Part shown: piece after piece, positions 23,693 to 32,313 of the stretch
Layout: each line of letters begins with the position of its first letter
How positions within the stretch are numbered: the first letter of the stretch is position 1
Assembly: GCF_004010195.1 (NCBI RefSeq)
Contig: NW_025214811.1
Coordinates: 1-39,854, forward strand
Direction: 5' to 3'
Source: Chiloscyllium plagiosum
Lineage: Eukaryota
Length of the DNA: 39,854 nt
Program-made: the position numbers and the translations under genes
The notes under the pieces: model-generated
Told to the model about the DNA's origin: nothing
What the model saw: the letters and a program-made list of their open reading frames with translations, nothing else
Databases searched by the model: none

Positions 23693-24694
23693 TTAATTGG
23701 TTCTGGTGCTGTTCGATATCTCCTCAGGCCCCGCTATACGCTTGTAATGGCTGGCGTGTACCCACGTGATTCTTTCTGCGATCTTACCTGCTGTCTGTGT
23801 TACAAGGAGCACTTAAAATGGTCCCAGCCATCTCTTCACCTTCCAGTTATTCCTCCTGAAGTCTTTCACCACTATCCAGTCTCCCGGTTCTAGACCATGC
23901 AACTTCTCTCCTGCTGGTTAGGATAGTGCTGCACTCACTTGATTCTGTATTTGAGACAAAAGTGCAGAGAGTTTTATTCAGTAACACAACATCTCATCCT
24001 CACAGCAGCCTGTTATCTGTCTTACCTTAGGTCTTGAGCCCATTCCTCTGTTGGGCAGACTACCAAACAAAATCTCAAACGGGCTAAGGTTATCTCTTCC
24101 TCCCCTCCTCAATCTCATATACATTAGCACAATCGGAAATGCCTTTGCCCATGTCACCCTTAGTTCCTCACAGCATTTTGTCAATTTATTTTTTAGGGTA
24201 GCATTTTCTCTTTCCACTGCCCCACCGCTCAGTGGGTGATAGGCACAGTGTTGTCCCATGTTTATTCCCAAGTAATCACTGATCTGCTGTAAGGCATTAT
24301 TGACAAATGGTGTCCAGTTGTCACGACTGATCCTTTCAGGAATGTCCCATCTCGGAATTATCTCAATTAGCAAAGATTTGCCTACTGCACTGGCATCCTG
24401 TTTAGACTTGGGGAGCGCTTCCACCCATTTGGAAAACATATCTACTATTACCAGACAATACCTTTTCCCTTCGCTGGGCGTTAGCTCAATGAAATCTATC
24501 TGTAAATGTTCAAAAGGTCTTTGGGGTTGGGGGTGTGCTGACTCATCTATATTCCCCTCCCCACATTATTAGTGGCACAGATAACACAATGCTCAAAATA
24601 TTTCTAGGATTAATGAGTAAATCCCTTAGTTTTCAGTGTGCCGAAATACTGTCGTGCATCCCCCCTTTTGACACATGGTCCTTACCGTGTGTCA
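23693..24694 (-). pseudogene. pol: ERV pol: integrase (HHCC, DD35E core, GPF C-terminal domain) with stops and frameshifts
   Basis: HGKDHVSKGGM; PFEHLQIDFIEL...IVDMFSKWVEA...ISRDNWTPF...YHPLSGGAVERENATLK; EPGDWIVVKDFRR...RWLGPF*VLL...WVHASHYK; stop at 23693-23695. Confidence 0.93.
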
Positions 24695-24798
24695 TCTTCG
24701 AGGAGAAAGTGAGGTCTGCAGATGCTGGAGATCAAAGTTGAAACTTTATTGCTGGAACAGCACAGCAGGTCAGGCAGCATCCAGGGAACAGGAGATTC

Positions 24799-24826
24799 GA
24801 CGTTTCGGGCACAGGCCCTTCTTCAG
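24799..24826 (-). ncRNA. Minimal hammerhead ribozyme core; identical copy at 28124-28151 (-), truncated copy at 28176-28200 (+)
   Basis: Minus strand CTGAAGA-A-GGGC-CTGT-GCCC-GAAAC-GTC. Confidence 0.8.
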
Positions 24827-24849
24827 GAATGAGCAGAGAGTGTTCAGCA

Positions 24850-25195
24850 TCCCCAAGTGGAAAATGAAGTGTTGTTCTTTGAACTTGCGTTAAGGAACAC
24901 TGCAACAGATCTGGGACAGAAATGTTGGTGTAGGAACACAGTGGTGTGTTGAAGTGGAGGCAGTGGGAAACTCTGGGTCATGTTTTACAGACAGAGTGTA
25001 GGTGTTCAGCAAAGCGGTCATCAAATCTGTGTTTCATCTCCCCCGATATACAGGAGACCACATTCTGAGCAGTGAATGAAATAAATGAGTTGAGAGAAGT
25101 GCAGGTAAGCTGCTGCTTCACCTGGAAGGTGTGCCTGAGGCCTTGGATACTGAGGTTGGAGGAAGTAAATCGGCAAGTAAGTCACCTTGTGCAAG
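24850..25195 (-). mobile_element. Old Penelope-like GIY-YIG endonuclease fragment
   Basis: IQGLRHTFQVKQQLTCTS (fs) LIYFIHCSECGLLYIG (fs) EMKHRFDDRFAEHLHSVC ... EQHFIFHLG. Confidence 0.85.
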
Positions 25196-25300
25196 ACCAA
25201 CCCCTTCCCACAAACGTCACTTCAATATATTACCACCTTTCCTGAGCTGTTAACAGTTCTGATGAAGAATCGCCAGACTCGAAATATTATCTTGCTTTCA

Positions 25301-26986
25301 AAGAACACAGAACATTACAGCACAGTCCAGGCTCTCTGACCCTCAATGTTGTGCTGACCTGTGAAACCAGCCTGAAGCTGAACTAACCTGCATTGTTGCA
25401 TTATCATCCATATGTTTATCCAATGGCCATTTAAAAAGACATTAAAGTCGGTGAGTCTACTACAGTTGCAGGCAGGGAGTTTCACGCCATTACTACTCTC
25501 TGAGTAAAGAAACTACCCCTCTGACATCTGTCCTATATCTATCACCGCTCAATTTAAAGCTATGTCCTCTCATGCTAGCCATCACTATCCGAGGAAAACG
25601 TCTCTCTCTGCTAACACTATCTAATCCTCTGATCATCTTTCACATCTCTATTAAGTCACCTCTCAACCTCTTCCTTCTAACGAAAACAGCCTCAGGTCAC
25701 TCAGTCTTTCCTCAGAAGACCTTCCTTCCATACCAGACAATATCCTCATAAATCTCCTCTGCATCTTTTCCAAAACTTACACATCCTTCCTATAATGTGG
25801 TAACCAGAACTGTACGCAATACTCCAAGTGCGGCCACACCATAGTTTCCTACAGCTGCAACATAACCCCATGGTTCATATGCCTTCTTAACAATCCTATT
25901 AACCTGGGTGGCAACTTTCAGGGATCTATGTACATGGACACGGAGATCTTTCTGCTCATCCACACTGCAAGAACCTTACCATTACCCCAGTACTCTGTAT
26001 TACTGTTACTTCTTCCAAAATGAATCACCTCACACTTTTCTGCATTAAACTCCATTTGCCACCTTTCAGCCCAACTCTGCAGCTTATCTATGTCCCTCTG
26101 TAAGCAGCAATATCCTTCAGCACTGTCCACAGCTCGACCGACCTTAGAGTCATTTGTAAATTTACTAACCCATCCTTCTACGCCATCATCCAGGTCATGT
26201 ATAAAAATGACAAACAGCAGTGGCCCCTAAACAGATCCTTATGGTATACCACTAATAACTGAACACCAGGATGAACATTTGCCACCACCACTCTCTGTCT
26301 TCTTTCAGCTAACCAATTTCTGATTCATACCACTAAATCACCCTCAATCCCATACCTCCATATTTACTGCAACAGCTTACCATGGGGAACCTTATCAAAC
26401 GCTTTACTGAAATCCATGTACACCACATCAACCACTATACCCTCATTCATCTTCTCAACCATCTCAATAAGCTTTGCGAGGCACGACCTGCCCTTCACAA
26501 AACTGTGTTGACTATCCCTAATCAAATTGTTCCTTTCTAGTTAATAATAAATCCTATATCTTATAATTCTTTCCAGCACTTTACCCACAACTGAAGTAAG
26601 GCTCACTGCTCTATAATTACCAAAGTTGTCTCTACTCCCCTTCTTGAACAAGGGGACAACATTTGCTATCTTCCAGTCTTCTGGCACAATTTCTGTCGAC
26701 AATGACGACATAAAGATCAAAGCCAAATGTTCTGCAATCTCCTTCCTGGCTTCCCAGAGAATCTGAGGATAAATCACATCCGGCCCAGGGGACTTATCTA
26801 TTTTCACACTTTCCAGAATTGCTAACACCTCCTCCTTACGAACCTCAGTCCCATCTCATCTAATAGCCTGTACCTCAGTGTTCTCCTCAACAACATTGTC
26901 TCTTTCCAGTGTAAATACTAATGAAAAATATTCATTTAGCACCTCTCCTATCTCCTCGGACTCCAAGCACAAATTCCCACTCCTGT
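25301..26986 (-). mobile_element. CR1 LINE 3' portion nested in an old PLE terminal repeat (25230-25300 / 26987-27078)
   Basis: KIDKSPGPDVIYP...GNYRAVSLTSVVGKVLERII; LQRDIDKLQSWAERWQMEFNAEKCEVIHFG; tail aagaacacagaacattacagc. Flanks join into ctgatgaag...gaaat...tcttctcacagatgct. Confidence 0.92.
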
Positions 26987-27920
26987 CCTTTCTTCTCACA
27001 GATGCTACCATATCAGCAGAGTCTCTGCAGAAATTTCTGTTTTGTTTCCAATCTCCAGCATTCGCTGTTGTGTTTTAATTCCCAAATGAGCCTGACTTTA
27101 CAAGCAAATGTGACTGACTGAGTTCCAGCTGACAAAGAGGGAAGGAGCAGAAAAGCTGGGTGACTGGTTGGCCAATAAAATCTGAGTGCTTTGCTGAAGC
27201 ATGCAAATATTTTTCAAAGCACAACATCTGTCAGACAAATAAGTCATTTGTTTAATCTCCGCAAAGAACTATTCAATGCTGATGGCTTGTGAAGGCTTAT
27301 GATGCTGGGAGCTTAGCTTCAGTAATGTGTGTAAGATCCTTTCATTGTTCTAAATACCTACAGTGTGGCTGTTAGAAGATGCAGCTTGTGGGCTGTTACA
27401 TCCACATTTCTGTCAAGTCCTAATGATATGTTAAAAGCCAAAAGAACTGCGGCTGCTGTAAATCAGAAACAAAAACAGAAATTGTTGGAGAGACTCTGCT
27501 GGTATGGTAGCATCTGTGGGTTCTGAGGCTCAGTCGACCCAAAACGTTTCTCTTCACAGATGCTGCCAGCTCTAATGCTATGTTCTAGGTTCAGTTACAG
27601 AAAGCAAGCAAGCAGGCTCTTGCTCAAAGTTTTCTCCGCCTCTCGTTCCTTTACCTCATAAAGGATAAAGCTGGATGGGATGCTGAGACATTTTCTTATT
27701 TGGTGAGGGATCCACTGGGAATGATAACTAAGCAGAGATACTTGCCATGTGTTCAGTGTGTCGGTCTCTGCTGTCTGCTTTGCCTGGAGCTGCTGCTTCC
27801 ATTATGCGCCTGGGACCCATGATTTTCATCGCAACTCACTCTGTGATTATCTTTTTGAATTGAGACTCAACAGCATTTGGCAAGATTTAACAATGTTACT
27901 CAGGGCTGGCAACACAGAAA

Positions 27921-28086
27921 CAAAGTTAAAAATCAGACAACACTAGGTTATAGTTCAACAGATTTATCAGCTACCTGATGAAGGAGCAGTGCTCCGGAAG
28001 CTAGTGCTTCCAAATAAACCTGTTGGACTATAACCTAGTGTTGTCAGATTTTTAACTTTGCCCACCTTAGTCCAACACCGGCACCT
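27921..28086 (+). mobile_element. PLE terminal repeat with inverted arm and hammerhead core (second family)
   Basis: caaagttaaaaatcagacaacactaggttatagttcaacagatttat is inverted relative to ataaacctgttggactataacctagtgttgtcagatttttaactttg. Central CTGATGA-A-GGAGC-AGT-GCTCC-GGAAGCTA (27975-28003). Confidence 0.8.
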
Positions 28087-28261
28087 ACAGCAGGTCAGGC
28101 AGCATCCAGGGAACAGGAGATTCGACGTTTCGGGCACAGGCCCTTCTTCAGGAAGAAGAAGCCCGAAACAGGCCCAAGAAGGGCCTGTGCCCGAAACGTC
28201 GAATCTCCTGTTCCCTGGATGCTGCCTGACCTGCTGTGCTGTTCCAGCAATAAAGTTTCAA

Positions 28262-31101
28262 CTTACCGTGTGTCAGTTTGGCATAGAGTGGAAATAATGA
28301 TGGTGGTAAACAGGGTTTGCCATTGGGACCACACCATACTCTTTTCCTCACACTGCATCCTGCTTTCATCCACTGACGCTTTTCTTCTGTTGTGGTCTGT
28401 GACTGTAACTCCTGTACATCTGCTGTTGGGGTACAAATTTTTATCATGCACATGTCATTCTGCTCAGTTGGCGGCTGCTGGAGTGCTGTTTTTGCTGCTG
28501 AGTCTGCCTTGCATTGCCTTGGGAAATAAGATCATTATTTTTTCTGTGGGTTTCACATTTACACACAGCGATTGATTTAGACAACAGGACCGTTCCAGGA
28601 GGTCAGAAATCAGGTCGCGATGTGTGATGGGCATTCCGGTGAAGATCAAGAAGCCACTGTGTTTCCACAGGGTTCCAAAATCATGTACAACCCCAAAGGC
28701 ATATCTGCTATCGGTGTAAGTATTCACTGTCCTTCCCTCAGCCGATTTACAGGCCTGAGGTAAAAACAATGACTGCAGATGCTGGAAACCAGATTCTGGA
28801 TTAGTGGTGCTTGAAGAGCACTGCAGTTCAGGCAGCATCCAAGGAGCTTCGACATCGACGTTTCGGGCAAAAGCCCCTGATGAAGAATTTTGCCCGAAAC
28901 GTCGATTTCGAAGCTCCTTGGATGCTTCCTGAACTGCTGTGCTCTTCCAGCACCACTAATCCAGAATTTACAGGCCTCAGTCAAGGCAATCAGCTCCGCT
29001 GCTGGCGCTGACAGATGAGAAGGGAGTTATCCCACTTTGACTATCTCATAGATAGTCACTGCAGCATAACCAACACAATTCTGGCCTGTCTCCTTGCTCC
29101 TGAATGCTGGCCCATCCAGAAAAAACTCCATATTTGGATTCTCACATGGTGAATCCTGCAAATCTGGTCTGGGGCTGCAAATTTCATTAGTTACAGCAAC
29201 ACAGTCGTGTGGGTCTCCATCTCCTTCTGTGGGGAGAAGGCTAGCAGGTTTAAGGACATTACATCGCTTTATTGTAATGTTAGGCATCTCCAAAAACACA
29301 GTATTGTATCAGTGTCAACGTGCTGTTGACATATGTGCGGGGTCCTTTGCTCATAAAGCAGTAAGGATACTGCATGTGGGACCAGAAGGGTTAATTCACC
29401 ATCGCCGACTATATCCCTGGATGCTATAACAGCCTTTTCAGCTGCAGCCACAGCTCACAGGCAGTTAGGCAATCCTGATGCTACGCGGCCTAGTTTAGCT
29501 GAAAAATATGCTACCGGCCTCAATCTTCCCCCATGATCCTGCAACAGCACAGATGTCATGCAGCACGCTTCTCATCTACCGTTTGTGCAAAAGGATTGTT
29601 AGGGTTCGGAATTCCCAGCGTAGGTGTAGTTTGGAGCACCTTTTTTAATTCAACAAAGGCACTCTCGGCCTCTGGTATCCACTGTAATGGACTCTGGGTC
29701 TGCAATCCTTTTCCATGGGCTATGTCACTTAGGGGAGCCAGAAGGGTTGTGTAATGTGCGATATACATCCTACAGTAGGAGCACATGCCCAAAAAGAATA
29801 GCAATTGTCTCTTCGTGTGAGGCTTTGGAATTTGCTGGATTGCTTGAACTCTTTCTGGACCAATGGCCTTCCCTTGTTCAGATATTAGGTGACCTAAGAA
29901 CTTCACCTGTTGTTGCACAACTTGTAGCTTTGCGAAACTGGCTTTGTGCCCTTCCTGTGCTAGATGGCAGAGCAACACAAGGGTCTCCTTCTCACATTGT
30001 TCCTTTGTTGGTGCTGCTATCAAGGAATTATCTACATACTGCAGAAACGCTGACCGCATGCTTAGAACAAGACTCTCCAGACTCCTGCTTAGAGCCCCAT
30101 TATATATGGTGGGGAACTCACAGTAACCTCGCCCGAAGGTATATGGTTTCCCTTTGAATGAAAAAGTGAACCGGAATTGAGTATCTGGGTGCACCGGTAC
30201 ACTAAAGAAGGCATTTGCTAAATCCACAACAGAGAACCATTTCCTGTCCACTGGAATTTGAGCCAATATAGTATCGGGGTTGGGAACATTTGGGGTATGT
30301 AGAACAACAGCGTTATAGACTGCCTGCAGGTCTTGAACAAATCTCCATTCCTCTGGTTCACCGGGAATGTTTGCCTTTTTGACCGGAAAAATGGGGGTTC
30401 TCACTGGTGAGTTTTCACAGGGGATTATCACTCCAGCCTTTTGGAGGGATTCAAAAACTGGAGTAATTCCTTTTATGGCATCGGGTTCTAACGGGCATTG
30501 TGCGCTGCAAGGACAATACTCAGACTTCAAGGTTATCCTTATGGGCTCACAGCCCCGTATGAGCCCCACATCATGTTTGCCCTTTGTCCACAACTCAGTC
30601 GGGACCAGTTTTAATTCTGGGTCCGAGACTTCTAATTTAGGGAAACGCCAGGCTACCCTCCGAAGTTCTTCAGGGCGAGCAGGGTTTACCTGGACTGTCC
30701 TATCTGCCTGAGTTAGCCAATCTAGTTTCTTCTTATATGTCTGCATATCTGCATTGAACCAGACACCCTCATTGTCCATGAAGACCCAACATTTCACTCT
30801 TTGTGCCTTTAGCACCCATGCTCCCAAATCCTGCCACATGTCACTGGACACCTTTGCCAGTGACACGAGGAGCGGAGCCTTCCGCATCAAAAAGATAGGG
30901 TTTGCTTGCTGTTAGTTAAGTTCACACTGACTGCACATCTGTGATCACTCCAATAAAATTCGCACAATAACAACTGATTTTGTTTAACCCCAATCTCCTG
31001 AACCAATCTTTCTCATATGGTTTGTCAGGGCTGTCACGGTGTATGTGTGCTGTGCAATGCAACATATCTCCAGCAAGAGAATCGGTGTTAGTCGGATTAA
31101 C
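28262..31101 (-). pseudogene. pol: ERV pol: 2H-like domain, RT, connection, RNase H and start of IN (interrupted at 28757-28965)
   Basis: 444-codon ORF 30890-29556 with TPIFPVKK, WRFVQDL, FSVVDLANAFFSVP, LQYVDNSLIA, VKFLGH, FLGMCSYCR. RNase H FFLDGP, AAELIALTEACK, YTDSRYAFGVVHDFG. Confidence 0.95.
28757..28965. mobile_element. 209-bp palindromic PLE-derived insertion with 12-bp TSD ATTTACAGGCCT
   Basis: TSD at 28745-28756 and 28966-28977; ~80-bp inverted arms 28793-28872 / 28888-28967; central CTGATGA...GAAACGTC (28877-28903). Confidence 0.92.
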
Positions 31102-31678
31102 ATGATTCGGAGTTGCCGGTGTTGGACTGGGGTGTACAAAGTTAAAAATCACACAACACCAGGTTATAGTCCAACAGGTTTAATTGGACGCACACTAGCT
31201 TTCGGAACGACACTCATTCATCAGGTGATTGTGGAGGGCTCGATCGTAACACAGAATTTATAGCAAAAATTTGCAGTGTGATGTAACTGAAATTATACAT
31301 TGAAGAATTGATTGTCTGTTAAGCCTTTCATCTGTTAGAATACAGTGATAGTTTCACTTCTTTCATGTGTAAATCACAACACCCTTTTTTTAAAAGTTGT
31401 ATTCTCGGGTTAGCTGCTAACAATGATGATAGCTAGACAATACGTTGAAGGTGTTAGCCCCTGTGTTCTCTGTCTATGACCTGATGTTTAGATTGATTCC
31501 AATCTAAAAAGTGAGGTAACAGAGTTTTACATAAATTCATGCAGTTTTTGAGCTCAGAGTTCTACATGAATGTAAATGGTTTTTGAGCAAAGTACAATGT
31601 AACTCTGAAAGTACCAAAAAAAAAAATCACCACACAAAATATATGTGTGCATGTGGGTCTTTGTCTGTCTGTGTGTGC
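31102..31678 (-). mobile_element. PLE 3' end/UTR occupying the position of gag-pro; hammerhead core at 31195-31224
   Basis: atgattcggagttgccggtgttggactggggtgtacaaagttaaaaatcacacaacaccagg... is the same family as 18380-18471 and 28000-28086. Minus strand CTGATGA...GAAAGCTA. Confidence 0.8.
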
Positions 31679-31839
31679 CGACCTTATTTGATTTGAAATC
31701 CTGGCGCTAGGGCAATCCACAGATTCCCAGTTCTCCCACGCAAAAGGTCCAATTCAGCGCTCGAAATGAAGTGAAAGACCTTCAAGGCGCTGTCACCTAC
31801 GCTTCCTGGGAATCTTCAGAATCTCATTCAGTCGTGGGG

Positions 31840-31857
31840 TCCCGGGACGAGCACCCA
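31840..31857 (-). promoter_or_regulatory. Primer-binding site, tRNA-Pro-like
   Basis: TGGGTGCTCGTCCCGGGA versus the canonical Pro PBS TGGGGGCTCGTCCGGGAT; lies 7 nt after the 5' LTR CA. Confidence 0.85.
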
Positions 31858-31864
31858 AGTTTAC

Positions 31865-32313
31865 TGTCGTGGAAATTAAATCGACTTGACTCAATAATTA
31901 GCAAGAGCAAAGCAAGAGTCTTTATTAAAAATTTTGCAAGATTGACCCATATACTAAGTCAGATGCCTCAATGCAATGAGTACTCAAACATTTACACAGG
32001 CACCTGCCTTATAGCTTTCCTTATCACACTCTCAAGGGCAGAGACTGGCGAAACTCAAGTTGTTATCCTCTCATCCCCTGGTGCTAGGCATAACAGTTAT
32101 TCAGCTTTCGCTGAGTTCGACTAACGATTTGAATGTTTACAGAATTCAAACAGAGATAAGCTAACTGCAAAACTTCATCAAAGCATTTTTTACACAGCTC
32201 AGTACAGCATTGATTTAAACAAAGCATCTCTTTAAACTTCACAGTAAATGGATAATTAATTTCACAATATATGGATAATTAATTTCACAGTAAATGGATA
32301 ATTTTCTATTACA
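31865..32313 (-). repeat. ERV 5' LTR (449 bp)
   Basis: Minus strand TGTAAT...ACGACA; three copies of the 23-bp repeat atttcacagtaaatggataatta; TATAA at ~32009-32013; AATAAA at 31921-31926. Confidence 0.93.

Larger units (their letters stand above)
24695..28261 (-). mobile_element. Composite PLE-bounded insertion (3567 bp) with 14-bp TSD CTTACCGTGTGTCA
   Basis: TSD at 24681-24694 and 28262-28275. 24762-24829 = 28087-28154 (68 bp direct, identical). 24736-24823 = reverse complement of 28176-28263 (88 bp, identical). Confidence 0.9.
23045..32313 (-). mobile_element. Defective class I (epsilon-like/ZFERV-like) endogenous retrovirus; gag, pro and env missing; three nested PLE insertions
   Basis: Two homologous LTRs, PBS, PPT and pol in retroviral order RT-RNase H-IN, with WRFVQDL, VDLANAFFS, YVDN, HGKDHVSKGGM and GPF/WVHASH motifs. 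Confidence 0.95.

Noticed and set aside
28757..28965. DNA-transposon MITE or miRNA hairpin
   Set aside because: Arms are asymmetric (not terminal), the same sequence occurs unpaired as a PLE 3' end at 10950-11085, and it contains a hammerhead core.
29556..30890. Domesticated or functional retroviral RT gene (444-aa ORF)
   Set aside because: Catalytic YVDD is mutated to YVDN, the LPQG motif is deleted, the start is non-ATG and created by a frameshift, and flanking pol is disrupted.
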